From a bacterium (GTDB taxonomy: Bacteria > Patescibacteriota > Minisyncoccia > Phycocordibacterales > UBA12088): a stretch of 64,000 nucleotides of DNA. Made by a program: the position numbers and the translations under genes. The DNA is taken from NCBI GenBank assembly GCA_003252295.1, contig QKEV01000017.1, forward strand, positions 100,488 through 164,487, written 5' to 3'. The first letter of the stretch is position 1, and every line of letters starts with the position of its first letter. Under the pieces are notes generated by a model. The model made no database searches. It was given only the letters and a program-made list of their open reading frames with translations, and was not told the origin of the DNA. Shown here piece by piece: positions 1-11,170 of the stretch.

Positions 1-1629
1 GTTTCTGAGTTTGACCTCATTGCTTGCGGTAAGGACGGCAAGATAAACATGATCGAGGTAGGTGGAAAGGAAACCAAGGAAGAGCTCCTCAATGAGGCAC
101 TCAACAAAGCAGTTTTGGTACACAATGAACTCCAGAAATGGCAGGAGGGTATTATTACTGAAATAGGAAAAGAAAAGATTGAACTACCAACACGAGTTGT
201 TGCAGATGATATCAAAAACCTCTTTGAAACTGAGGTACAACCAAAAATGTCTGAATACGTGTTTGGTGAAAAGGGAGCTTATACACTCAAGGAAGAGTGG
301 ATGGCAGTCGTAAAAGAGCAGCTACCGGAAGCATCAGCAGCTGATGCTGGCGATCTCTTTGAGGAGAAGGTAGATGAGTTGGTGCACACTGAGGCACTTG
401 AAAATGACCGACGACAAGATGGACGAAACATGGACGAGATACGAAACCTATATGCACAAGCAGGAGGATTCTCAAAGGTGATACACGGTACAGGTATTTT
501 CTACCGCGGTGGAACACATGTTCTCTCAGCACTCACCCTTGGTGGCCCAGGTGACGCACAGCTCCTCGACACTATAGAGAATCAGGACACGACAAAACAC
601 TACATGCACCACTACAACTTCCCACCATTCTCAGTGGGGGAAACCGGACGAATAGGAGGATTCAATAGACGAGCTACAGGACATGGTGCACTCGCTGAAA
701 AGGCACTTGTACCTGTACTTCCAGAAAAGGATAAGTTTCCATACACCATCAGAGTTGTTTCTGAGGTTATGGCATCCAATGGTTCAAGTTCACAGGCAAG
801 TATCTGTGGTTCAACGCTCGCACTCATGGATGCAGGTGTGCCAATAAAGCGCCCTGTTGCAGGTATTGCTATGGGTCTCATGAGCAACAAAGAGGGTAAG
901 TACAAGATATTGACCGACATTCAAGGTCCAGAGGATCACTTTGGTGACATGGATCTCAAGGTTGCTGGAACTACTGAAGGAATCACCGCAATGCAAATGG
1001 ATGTAAAGATTGAGGGCGCAACTGTTCCAGTACTCATGGAAGCTATTCAACAAGCAAAGAATGCACGTCTCCAGATACTCGAAGTTATCAAAGCTGCAAT
1101 AGCTGAACCACGAACGGACATTCACCCACTCGCACCAAAGATTCTCACCTTAAAAGTGAAGGTTGACCAAATAGGACTCGTTATTGGTAGTGGTGGAAAG
1201 ACCATCAATGGTATCAAGGATGAATCTGGTGTTGATGACATTACCATCGAGGATGATGGCTCTGTCTTCATTACTGGTAAAAATGGTACCGCTGAAAAGG
1301 CGTTTGCTATGATAGAGGAACTCGTACATGAGTACATACCAGGAGAAATGTGCGAAGGTGAGGTAACTCGCATCCTCGACTTTGGTGCATTTGTAAAGAT
1401 TGGTGCAAATGCAGAGGGAATGGTACATATTTCTGAGATAGCACCATTCAGGATCGAGAACATTCGTGACGCACTCAAAGAGGGTGAGCATGTGAAGGTT
1501 GCCGTGAAGGAGGTAGATGAAAAGGGAAGAATCAACCTATCTATCAAAGCAGCTGACCCAGGATGGGCAGAGCGAAAGGGACTCAACGCGAAAGCAGCCC
1601 CACAGCCAAAACCACCAACACAAAAATAG
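1..1629 (+). CDS. pnp: Polyribonucleotide nucleotidyltransferase (5'-truncated by window)
   Basis: Frame open from base 1; RxDGR, HHYNFPPFSVGE, SNGSSSQAS, DMDLKVAGT motifs, KH (IGSGGKTI) and S1 domains. Confidence 0.97.
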   Translation, partial: VSEFDLIACGKDGKINMIEVGGKETKEELLNEALNKAVLVHNELQKWQEGIITEIGKEKIELPTRVVADDIKNLFETEVQPKMSEYVFGEKGAYTLKEEWMAVVKEQLPEASAADAGDLFEEKVDELVHTEALENDRRQDGRNMDEIRNLYAQAGGFSKVIHGTGIFYRGGTHVLSALTLGGPGDAQLLDTIENQDTTKHYMHHYNFPPFSVGETGRIGGFNRRATGHGALAEKALVPVLPEKDKFPYTIRVVSEVMASNGSSSQASICGSTLALMDAGVPIKRPVAGIAMGLMSNKEGKYKILTDIQGPEDHFGDMDLKVAGTTEGITAMQMDVKIEGATVPVLMEAIQQAKNARLQILEVIKAAIAEPRTDIHPLAPKILTLKVKVDQIGLVIGSGGKTINGIKDESGVDDITIEDDGSVFITGKNGTAEKAFAMIEELVHEYIPGEMCEGEVTRILDFGAFVKIGANAEGMVHISEIAPFRIENIRDALKEGEHVKVAVKEVDEKGRINLSIKAADPGWAERKGLNAKAAPQPKPPTQK

Positions 1630-1635
1630 CACACT

Positions 1636-1663
1636 GAAACCCACGCCAAAACGTGGGTTTCTT
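1636..1663 (+). terminator. Hairpin after pnp
   Basis: GAAACCCACG-caaaa-like loop-CGTGGGTTTC immediately after the stop. Confidence 0.55.
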
Positions 1664-1713
1664 CCACGTTTCTTATGTGGAACTACTAGGGAGAAACGTA
1701 GTACAATAGTCGT

Positions 1714-4700
1714 ATGCCGAATGACCCGGGTAAGTATCGGGTGCCTATTTTGCACCTGAAAGACGTTGTCGATGAACCTTCACAAAGCACTGCCGCAGGT
1801 GCAGGTTTGCCGCAGCAGCAGCAAGTACAGCCACAAGTGGATGGTGTTATCCCAAACCAGTACCAGCAGCAAATGCAGCAACAGGTTGCACCGCAGTTTG
1901 TACAAGCACAACCTCAGTCACCACAACCTGAACCTGCAAAAAAAGGGTTCAGTATTTTTGGTAGAAAGAAAGGGGTGATAGAAGAGGCAGTCAGTGAAGC
2001 AATCATTACTCCGGCGTACGAGACACATGGACCAACAGAAGTACAAGGTACTGAAATTCCTATCCCACAAAATCAACAGTTTGCACCACAAACACAGCAA
2101 TTTACTCCTCCTACACAACAACCTGTGAACATACCTCAAGATATACAGACACCTACCCCACAAACATCACCAACACTAACAATTCCAGCAGCACAGAACA
2201 TACAACCAACACCCGCTCCAGTTGTCCCACCTGTTCAACCTGTGGTGGAGCAACCTGCACCAGTAGTACCTCCGGTACCACCAGTTATGGAGCAACCACA
2301 AACTCCTGTACCACCAACTCCAGTTGTCCCACCAGCTCCGGTAGCAGAAATACCTGTGACTCCTCCTGCTCTTCATCAACACAACAAGTACAGCAAACTA
2401 TACCTACCCCACAAGAAGTAGATTTCCATACACAAGATCAAGATACAGCAACAGGGGTATTTGAAATACCAAAAGAACCTCTCTCACAACAACCTCGTGA
2501 GTTTCTTGAAGCAATTGAGAGAGACTCTCAACGCGAAGAGGCACTTGCTGGAGAAGCAACCCGTGAGCTAGATGACGTGCTTGCAAGTCAGTTTGCAATA
2601 GCCCGTGAACAGCAACTTGAGCAGATGGCAAATACTCAACAGACACCTCCAGTACCTGCTCCTGAAGAACTACAGCAAGTAACACTTCCACCGCGACCTG
2701 TTGAACAAATCGAATCATTACCACCTGTTATACAACCAAAAGAAATTCCACCTCATGTAGTACCTCTCCCTCAGGCACCAACACCCGCTCCAGTTGTTCC
2801 ACCTGTTCAACCTGTGGTGGAGCAACCTGCACCAGTAGTACCTCCGGTACCACCAGTTATGGAGCAACCACAAACTCCTGTACCACCAACTCCAGTTGTC
2901 CCACCAGCTCCGGTAGCAGAAATACCTGTGACTCCTCCTGCTCAGGCACCAGAAGAATCTGTCGATAATCTCATAAGCTCACTCAGTAAAAGAAAAGATG
3001 AGATCAACATGACTATATCTGGCTACCAAGATGGTGAAGAACCAATTGATTCATCTTCTGGATTTGGCACAACAAGTGGTGACGATGGTCCACCTGACAT
3101 ATGGGAACTTGCTGCTATGCGTAAAAGCGGTAAAGCAGTTGCTCCACCACAAACCACACCAAACCTTGCTCAGGTAGCTCCAACAAACCAAACTGCGCAA
3201 GTAGTGACGCAACCAGTAGCAGTACCTGAACAGCAAGAAGTACTCACTGTCAACGATCCAACAATGCGCGTGCAACAAACCCCTCTTCCACGACCAGAGG
3301 AGGAAACTAGTACTGAACCAGCAACATCAGCACTAGATGAAATAACCTACAATGATGGAGAAGATGAAGTGTATGGGGAAGAAATACCTGACGATGTACC
3401 AGAGGAAAATTTAGTGCCAGAAAACGAAAACACCATAACTGTAGCAACACCTGAACAAAAAGCGCCGATTGAAGATGTAGCTATTCACCTTGAAATCGAA
3501 AACGCCAACACTAAGGAATCACCTACTCAAAAGACTCAACAACCTGCAGAGCAAGTTGCCCCAAATGAAAAGCCAACTTCAAACCTCGAGGCACTCAGGA
3601 AGAGAGCACAAGAATCAGCACAAGATGAACAGGAACATCCTCATACTGTAGCTGGGGCAGAGCCACAAAAACGACCTAAACCAACAACACAGCATGCAAA
3701 GGCAATTGCAAATATTGCTGATAAATTGAGCGAAATACAATCAACACCCGCAACTGAACTTCCTTCAATAAAATCTATCATCGAGGGAGACATTGATGCA
3801 GAAACTGCATCTAAAAAAACAAAAGAAATAACAGGAACAGGGAATGAAGAGGGTGCTCTACCAACAACCCAAGGCATACCGCTTGTAAGAACATTTCGCA
3901 ATGACGTTGAACAGGCAGTGGTAAAAAACAAAACCTCTGTTGGTGACATGCTGGAGCGAGAGAAAAATAGAAACTATGGAGAGACCATACGAACCGCAAA
4001 ACACTCGAACTCATCAACCATTTCACTTATTCTAGTGTGGGCAAGTGTGATCCTTGTGCTTGGTGCTGTTGCTTTTGGAGTATTCGTACTATTTAACTTC
4101 CTAACAAAAAACAGAAATACTGATACACCTGAGATTGTTTCTCCTAATGAGATCGTTCTTCACGACATAACCAACCAGACAAAAACTGAAATCCTTGAAG
4201 GTCTCACTAGTATTGGCGCAACACTACAAGCATCACAAAACTCAGTAACTGAACTGCAAATAGTGGAAGGCGAGTCAGGTACAAGGATTGTTGAGACGTA
4301 CAGTTTCTTTGGAAAACTAAACACCAACGCACCGAGCAGTCTCATCCGCTCAACCGATGAGGATATGGCAATCGGTTTTCATAAGCTCGTTAAAGGTGAG
4401 CCGTTCTGGGCATTCAAGGTAACTGACTTTGAGGCTGCCTCCGGCGGTATGTATGAATGGGAAGATACGTTACGTAAAGACCTGTCACCACTCTTCGGAC
4501 GTGTAGTAGAGGTAAACGTTTCAACACCATCGACAACAGTAAGTGCCAGCTCTACCAGTACTACGACCACACAGGTTACTACAGGAACAACACAACGTTC
4601 CCTTGTTGACGTGTACACAGACACCACAGTGGCAAATGTTCCAGCACGCTGTCTCAAAGGCACAGGAGACCAACAAGACACCTGTATACTACTCTGGTCC

Positions 4701-4787
4701 ATGCCTGACAAGGAAACAGTGGTCATCACCAGTAATACTGATACACTCAGAACACTCATAGATCGTATGAAGGCACGCACAAACTAA
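1714..4787 (+). CDS. Large Pro/Gln-rich low-complexity membrane-anchored protein, apparently split by a frameshift at ~2371 (ORFs 1714..2421 and 2577..4787)
   Basis: The second ORF's frame is open back to ~2373 with the same composition (SSTQQVQQTIPTPQE); it has an RTFRND motif, one TM helix and a globular C-terminal domain. Confidence 0.7.
2205..2943 (+). repeat. 167-bp direct repeat, 2 copies (2205-2371 and 2777-2943)
   Basis: Near-identical copies (one mismatch seen) encoding PTPAPVVPPVQPVVEQ...EIPVTPPA. Confidence 0.95.
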
Positions 4788-4830
4788 AACTTGCTTGCGC
4801 TAACACAGGTACCCAAGTACACTTTTAGGT

Positions 4831-5199
4831 ATGAACGATTTTACACAATACAAAACCGCTCTTGAACATGAGCAGAAGGAGCTTGAAGAAGAACTTTCAA
4901 AGCTCGGTATTCAAAACCCGCAAGACCCATCAGGATGGTCTCTTAAGAATCCTGACCTCGACATACTGAATGCTGATGAAAATGAGGCTGCAGACAAGAA
5001 CGAAGAGTTACACATAAACTCTATCATACTTGATGAGCTTGCTGTTCGGTACAGCAACGTAAAGCTCGCATTGGAAAAAATTGCAGCAAACACCTTTGGA
5101 ACATGCGAAGAGTGTGAGGAACCTATTGAGACTGAACGTTTAACCGCAAATCCAGCTGCTCGAACATGCAAGAAACACGCGGCTGATTCTGATGCATAG
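4831..5199 (+). CDS. TraR/DksA family zinc-finger protein
   Basis: Coiled coil with DENEAAD tip and CEEC...ERL..NPAARTCKKH finger. Confidence 0.9.
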   Translation: MNDFTQYKTALEHEQKELEEELSKLGIQNPQDPSGWSLKNPDLDILNADENEAADKNEELHINSIILDELAVRYSNVKLALEKIAANTFGTCEECEEPIETERLTANPAARTCKKHAADSDA

Positions 5200-5204
5200 C
5201 ACAC

Positions 5205-6719
5205 ATGAGTTTTGCACGAGTATATAGTGCGCAACCGGTATATCTTGATACAGTATACGTTTCTGTTGAAGCAGACCTTTCCAAAGGTCTGCATTCTTTT
5301 TCTATAGTTGGTTTACCTGATAAGGCTGTCGAGGAATCAAAAGAACGTGTTGCTGTGGCAATAAAAAATTCAGGTTATACTTCACCAAAACACAGCAGCA
5401 AACGAGTACTTATCTCTCTCGCTCCTGCAACAGTCAAAAAAGAGGGTGCTCGATTTGACCTAGCTATTGCACTCGCATACCTCTGTGCAGCTGATGATGT
5501 CTCGTTTGACCCTACTGGTATACTCTTTCTTGGTGAACTGTCACTTGAGGGAAAACTGCGTCCAGTACACGGCGTACTCTCTATAGCGCAGCATGCTAGT
5601 AAAAACGGGTTCCATACACTCATTGTTCCGACTGAAAACGCAGAAGAAGCGGCGCTCGTACATGATATTACTGTCTATCCAGCGGAATCACTTGAACAAG
5701 TTGTGACACATCTACGCGAGGGTGTTGAAGATGCACTTCCAGCACAACCACACACAACACTTCATACTCGCACTAATAAACATGCCAATCAGGTAGATTT
5801 TGGTGATATACGGGGACAAGAAACAGCTAAGCGAGGTCTAGAAATTGCAGCCGCAGGTAGACACAATATCGTACTCTATGGACCACCGGGTACCGGTAAA
5901 ACCATGCTCGCTCGTGCTTTCCAGGGCATACTGCCTAACCTCACATACGAAGAGGCACTTGAGGCAACCTCAGTACATTCAATAGCTGGTGCACTCAAGG
6001 AAACCATTATTGTCACACCACCATTCAGAAGCCCACACCACACCTCGTCACATGTTGCCATTGTTGGTGGTGGCACTATACCAAAACCAGGTGAGGTGAC
6101 ACTCGCACACCGTGGCGTACTCTTCCTCGATGAGTTCCCAGAGTTTGACCGTAGGGTAGTGGACGCACTTCGTGAACCGCTCGAAGACAGAGTCGTGTCC
6201 ATCTCACGAGCACGAGGACAGGTATCATTCCCAGCAGACTTCATTCTTGTCGCAGCACTCAACCCCACAAGAGAGCAGGGTGAGGTGCGTATCAATGATC
6301 TCGATAGGGAACGTTTAAAGAAGAAGATATCAGGACCGGTCATTGATCGTATCGACATGTGGATAGAGGTTACCCACATTGAGCATGAAAAGCTGTACAC
6401 ACGGGAAGAGCGAGTACTTGAGTCAGGGGGTATACAGGAGAATGTACTCAAGGCTCGACAGGTGCAGAACAAGCGCTATAGATCAAGCACGAAGACGAAC
6501 GCTTCCATGAGTGTAGTAGATATAGACGAGCTTGCTCACCTGAGCAACGAAGCAGAGACACTCCTCCGCAGTGCAGCGCAAAACCTCAAACTCTCGCCAC
6601 GGAGCTACCATCGCACCATCAAGCTCGCCCGCACCATCGCAGACCTTGACACCTCAGAGAGGATAGAAGGTGGACACATCCTCGAAGCGCTGACGTACAG
6701 ACCGAAAGATCTCTTTTAG
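5205..6719 (+). CDS. comM: YifB/ComM Mg-chelatase-like AAA+ ATPase
   Basis: IVGLPDKAVEESKERV, GELSLEG, GPPGTGKTMLA, PFRSPHH, PGEVTLAHRGVLFLDEFPEF. Confidence 0.95.
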   Translation: MSFARVYSAQPVYLDTVYVSVEADLSKGLHSFSIVGLPDKAVEESKERVAVAIKNSGYTSPKHSSKRVLISLAPATVKKEGARFDLAIALAYLCAADDVSFDPTGILFLGELSLEGKLRPVHGVLSIAQHASKNGFHTLIVPTENAEEAALVHDITVYPAESLEQVVTHLREGVEDALPAQPHTTLHTRTNKHANQVDFGDIRGQETAKRGLEIAAAGRHNIVLYGPPGTGKTMLARAFQGILPNLTYEEALEATSVHSIAGALKETIIVTPPFRSPHHTSSHVAIVGGGTIPKPGEVTLAHRGVLFLDEFPEFDRRVVDALREPLEDRVVSISRARGQVSFPADFILVAALNPTREQGEVRINDLDRERLKKKISGPVIDRIDMWIEVTHIEHEKLYTREERVLESGGIQENVLKARQVQNKRYRSSTKTNASMSVVDIDELAHLSNEAETLLRSAAQNLKLSPRSYHRTIKLARTIADLDTSERIEGGHILEALTYRPKDLF

Positions 6720-6763
6720 GGGTTAGGTTATAGGTTTTGAGTTCAGAGCACACTTATTCATGT

Positions 6764-6795
6764 AAAAAACAAAACCGCGTAAGCGGTTTTTTGTT
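6764..6795. terminator. Bidirectional intrinsic terminator
   Basis: AAAACCGC-gtaa-GCGGTTTT flanked by A and T tracts between convergent genes. Confidence 0.75.
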
Positions 6796-6809
6796 ACTAG
6801 ATAGGATTA

Positions 6810-6930
6810 CAAAAGTTTATTTTAGAGTGCGGAACGAGGAAGTAAGGAGGGGTGGTGTGAATGCTATGGCAATAGAGTGAACACTGCACCGACGTAACTG
6901 ACAAAGTTATGTGCCTAAAATAGGCTTTTG
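6810..6930. repeat. Palindromic REP/MITE-like intergenic element
   Basis: Imperfect terminal IRs CAAAAGTTTATTTTAG / CTAAAATAGGCTTTTG with inner pairing. Confidence 0.5.
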
Positions 6931-6932
6931 GA

Positions 6933-7886
6933 CTAAAAAGGATTTGCAGCGCCACGCACCTCAAAGTGAAGATGGTTACCTGTTGAACGTCCAGTAGAAC
7001 CAACATATCCTACAACCTGTCCTTGTGTCACACTCTGACCCTGCCACACAGTGTTTCGAGAGAAGTGCGCGTATAATGTCTGTGTACCGTTTGCATGCTC
7101 TATCACCACATAGTTTCCATATCCACCATTCCAACCACCAGCCTTTGAAACAATAACCTTTCCTGAGGCAGCAGCGACTACTGGAGTACCGTAGTTTGCA
7201 CCAAAATCTACCGCATTGTAACCATGCAACCCTTGTGTCTTCTGGTACCATCCACCCATTGGGTTAATGAAGTACCCAGAAACACTCGGTGCGCTTGAAA
7301 CTGCTGCAGCATAGCTTGCCGGCATCTTCTCGTCCATTTCACCACCTGGAATGGTGAGTGTATCACCTACAGCAAGTTCTGCATCATCAGCAATGTTGTT
7401 GTACTCTGCTATCTCAGCAATGAAATCACTAAGATTGTCTGAGCCGCCACTGTACTCCTTCGCGATACTCTTCAAAGTATCTCCCTTCTCAACAGTATGC
7501 TGTACGCCGGTAATAGGAAGTATGAGGAGTGTCTGTCCAGGATGAATGTCCATGTTGTTTGAAAGTTCATTTGCCCATACAACAGTGTTCACCGACACAT
7601 TGAACATCTCTGCCACCTGGGAGAGGGTATCTCCCTCCTGTACGAGATAGAGTGATATTTGGTCTGCTGTTGCAGGTGCAACCTGTTCTCTACTCACCTC
7701 CGCACTAAACGGCGTAAGATCTGCCTGAATCGCAGCATCATCAACCACAACAACATCACCACCACCAACCGAAAGTGTAGGGTCAATATTTTTAGCAGCC
7801 TGCAGGAGTCCTAGTGTCTGTGAGTTCTCCGTTGAAGCACTGTACTGTGTACCACGTGACACAAAAACAGTATCACTGTTTAGCAT
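6933..7886 (-). CDS. LysM x2 + M23 family peptidase (true start probably upstream, ~7985)
   Basis: Two LysM repeats (YLVQEGDTLS, HTVEKGDTLK); M23 motifs AVDFG, YAHF, GSTGRSTGNHLHFEV. Confidence 0.93.
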   Translation of the reverse strand: MLNSDTVFVSRGTQYSASTENSQTLGLLQAAKNIDPTLSVGGGDVVVVDDAAIQADLTPFSAEVSREQVAPATADQISLYLVQEGDTLSQVAEMFNVSVNTVVWANELSNNMDIHPGQTLLILPITGVQHTVEKGDTLKSIAKEYSGGSDNLSDFIAEIAEYNNIADDAELAVGDTLTIPGGEMDEKMPASYAAAVSSAPSVSGYFINPMGGWYQKTQGLHGYNAVDFGANYGTPVVAAASGKVIVSKAGGWNGGYGNYVVIEHANGTQTLYAHFSRNTVWQGQSVTQGQVVGYVGSTGRSTGNHLHFEVRGAANPF

Positions 7887-8286
7887 ATCTAAAAAAGTAG
7901 CTCGTGCTGTGTTCGTTGAAACGAGAGCACAAAATACGGAAACAGAAACAAAAGAAACCCACCCAATATGAGTTCTTTTATTTATATATTTACTCTGATC
8001 CTCGTTCGAATCGGTATCAGAGTCGTTTGAGATTTCTTGTTTAATAGTTCTATGGCGTCATGCGGTATAGCTTCCGGTAGGTACGTGCTCTATTTCCCTA
8101 AAGCAGAGCAACACCCTTACATCCATCCCGAATTTCAATCAACATGAACACTATAGACCTCGCACATATATCGTCAAGCACTTTTTTCAAAACAGTAGTG
8201 GATTACACCATGTAACTAATAAATTAAAAAAATGGCTATATTAAGCCATTTTTCAATATACCCTGATAATGGTATGATGGTTGCTT

Positions 8287-10239
8287 ATGGAGCATCTAAA
8301 AACACTAAATGACGCACAAAAAAAGGCTGTTTTGACTACTGAAGGTCCTGTTTTAGTACTTGCGGGGGCAGGAGCAGGAAAAACGAGAACCATTACACAT
8401 AGGATAGTACACTTAGTCAAGGGTGGTGTACCAGCATACAACATCCTTGCTATTACCTTCACTAACAAGGCAGCGCGTGAGATGCGTGAACGTGCACGAA
8501 CACTCCTTGCAACCTACGGCGAGGAGGACGCCGCAAAGAAAGTTACTGTTTCCACCTTCCACGCACTCTGCGTTATCCTTCTACGTCAATACGCAGATAC
8601 ACTCGGCATCAAGAGACACTTTACAATCTACGACAGGAACGATTCACTGCGTGCTATAAAGAAGGCTCTCAAGACCCTTGGAGAAGATGAAAAGCAGTTC
8701 GAGCCACGCACCATACTGGGAGCTATCAGCAGAGCAAAAGGAGACGCCACACCACTTACCACCTACCGAGAAGAAACAGGGAATGAGTACTTCAAAAATA
8801 TTGTGGCACAGGTATGGGAAGAGTATGAGAAGACGTTGCGAAAAGATAGTGCACTCGATTTTGATGACCTTCTCCTCTACACATGGAAAATGCTCAGCAC
8901 AAAACCTGAGGTTCGCTCAGCACTCTCTTCTCGATATCGCTACATACATATAGATGAGTATCAGGACACGAACAAGGTACAGTATGAGATAGTTCGTCTC
9001 ATAGGAAGCGGGCATGGCAACATCTTTTGTGTTGGAGATCTCGACCAGAATATTTACTCTTGGAGAGGGTCAACAACAGAAAACATCCTTGCTTTTGAAA
9101 CCACATTTCCTGACGCCACAACCATTCTCCTTGAAGAAAACTATCGCTCTACACAGAACATTATCGCTGTTTCAAATACTGTTATTGAAAAAAATGTGCG
9201 AAGAAAAAAGAAACGACTCTTCACCAACAACCCTGAAGGGGAGAAATTATCACTCATTTTCGGTTTCGATGAGCACGATGAAGCACAAAAAATCATCACT
9301 ACTATTGATGAACTTCTTGGGTCGGGTATTTCTGCAAAAGATATTGCTGTACTCTATCGAGCCAATTTTCAATCACGAGTACTTGAAGAAGCATGTCTCA
9401 CCTACAACATACCCTACAAAGTACTTGGTACACGCTTCTTTGATAGAAAAGAGGTGAAAGATATGCTTTCGTATGTGCGTGCCGCACTCAACCCTGAGAG
9501 TGAAATTGATATTACACGCACTATTAATACACCACTCCGTGGAATAGGGAAGGTAACCGTAACAAAACTTTTTACTGAGGGTAGGGAAACACTCAATGGA
9601 AAAGCAAAGGACAAGGTGAATGATTACTTCAATATACTACGAGATATCAAAAAACGAGCCGAGGTAGAAAAAGCATCTGAAGTACTCAAATACACCCTTG
9701 AACGCTCCGGTATTGAAAAAAGCCTTATAGGAAGAGGGGGTGAAGAAGAAGAGCGACTGCAGAACATTCAAGAACTCGTCTCCCTTGCAGTAAGCAGGTA
9801 CGACGACCTTGATGCTCCAGATGGTCTTTTGCGACTACTTGAAGATGCGGCACTTGCTACAGACCAGGACGAGCTCGATAACCGAACTGAGAAAAACACT
9901 GATGGTGTCACCCTTATGACCATACACGCAGCAAAAGGACTCGAGTACAAACATGTTTTCATTGCAGGACTGGAAGACAGTCTGTTTCCACATGAACGTG
10001 CACCATCTGCAGCAGGGGAGCATGTGGATGAAGAGGAGGAACGTCGTCTTTTCTACGTTGCCCTCACGAGAGCAAAAGAGAAGATACATCTTTCATATGC
10101 GCAGGTGCGTACCGTATTTGGCCAACGGATGACAAGAATGCCGAGTGAGTTTCTCCTTGATATCGATGAATCATTTGTTGAAACAAGCAGTATTGGCGGA
10201 AGTAGCACACAACCTTCAAAGGTGGTATACCTAGACTAA
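8287..10239 (+). CDS. pcrA: UvrD/PcrA SF1 DNA helicase
   Basis: AGAGAGKT, TFTNKAAREM, DEYQDTN, ENYRST, TIHAAKGLEY, EEERRLFYVALTRA. Confidence 0.95.
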   Translation: MEHLKTLNDAQKKAVLTTEGPVLVLAGAGAGKTRTITHRIVHLVKGGVPAYNILAITFTNKAAREMRERARTLLATYGEEDAAKKVTVSTFHALCVILLRQYADTLGIKRHFTIYDRNDSLRAIKKALKTLGEDEKQFEPRTILGAISRAKGDATPLTTYREETGNEYFKNIVAQVWEEYEKTLRKDSALDFDDLLLYTWKMLSTKPEVRSALSSRYRYIHIDEYQDTNKVQYEIVRLIGSGHGNIFCVGDLDQNIYSWRGSTTENILAFETTFPDATTILLEENYRSTQNIIAVSNTVIEKNVRRKKKRLFTNNPEGEKLSLIFGFDEHDEAQKIITTIDELLGSGISAKDIAVLYRANFQSRVLEEACLTYNIPYKVLGTRFFDRKEVKDMLSYVRAALNPESEIDITRTINTPLRGIGKVTVTKLFTEGRETLNGKAKDKVNDYFNILRDIKKRAEVEKASEVLKYTLERSGIEKSLIGRGGEEEERLQNIQELVSLAVSRYDDLDAPDGLLRLLEDAALATDQDELDNRTEKNTDGVTLMTIHAAKGLEYKHVFIAGLEDSLFPHERAPSAAGEHVDEEEERRLFYVALTRAKEKIHLSYAQVRTVFGQRMTRMPSEFLLDIDESFVETSSIGGSSTQPSKVVYLD

Positions 10240-10273
10240 GCTACATCATGTAGTTTCTTGCATAAAATTTACA

Positions 10274-11053
10274 ATGAAAACCCCAAAACTTGGTCAACAT
10301 TTTCTCACCCGTCCAACAACAGCGCGCATGATAGCGGAATCTGTTTTACTGCCAGAAAGTAAGACGGTGCTAGAAATAGGTCCTGGTCATGGCATTCTCA
10401 CTCGTGAACTACTCGCCATAGCTGATACTGTTGTTGCTATCGAAAAAGATACCATTTTAAATGATGAGCTCACAAAAACATTTGCAAAAGAAATAGAAAC
10501 AGGCAAACTTATTCTCCTCAACAGAGATATCCGTAACTTCACTCCTTCTGGATGCAGTGAACTACTCAATGGTTACTCTGTTGTTGCAAACATCCCCTAC
10601 TACATCACTGGCCAGATCATACGTCTCTTTCTTACAGCAGAACACCAACCGCACAGCATGGCTCTCCTCATACAAAAAGAGGTTGCACAACGTATTGTAG
10701 CAAAGGATAACAAACACAGCTTACTATCACTTTCCGTACACGTATTTGGAACACCAAAATTGGCAAAAGTAGTAAAAGCTGGAGCTTTTTCACCTCCACC
10801 AAAGGTTGATTCTGCAGTTTTGGTTATAGAAAACATATCTAGAACTAATTTTGACGAAAATATCGACGAAAATATGTTTTTTATGCTGCTCAGAAAAGCA
10901 TTTTCACAGAAAAGGAAGATGATTGGTTCAACCTTAAAGGATATGGTAAAGGATGACACCTTCGTAAACTGTAGTGTTGATAAAACAATGCGACCTGAAG
11001 ATGTACCCTTAGAAACATGGCTCTGTTTAGCAACAAGTAGCACAAACCAGTAG
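10274..11053 (+). CDS. rsmA: 16S rRNA m6,2A1518/1519 dimethyltransferase
   Basis: LGQHFL, EIGPGHG, VANIPYYIT, QKEVAQR, FSPPPKVDS. Confidence 0.96.
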   Translation: MKTPKLGQHFLTRPTTARMIAESVLLPESKTVLEIGPGHGILTRELLAIADTVVAIEKDTILNDELTKTFAKEIETGKLILLNRDIRNFTPSGCSELLNGYSVVANIPYYITGQIIRLFLTAEHQPHSMALLIQKEVAQRIVAKDNKHSLLSLSVHVFGTPKLAKVVKAGAFSPPPKVDSAVLVIENISRTNFDENIDENMFFMLLRKAFSQKRKMIGSTLKDMVKDDTFVNCSVDKTMRPEDVPLETWLCLATSSTNQ

Positions 11054-11170
11054 AGCACTCATTACACTTACCCGTTACGCTTTACAATGAACACCTCTCA
11101 TGAGGTATTTTGTTTTGTGCACATGTACCTACACAGAAAAATATACAGGTGGTATTGTTGTAGTACACAT

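Noticed and set aside
11087-11170. Upstream starts given in the ORF track for several genes (11087, 20381, 40832, 46510, 61413, 63819)
   Set aside because: The extensions overlap promoters or neighbouring genes and lack family similarity; downstream ATGs were used
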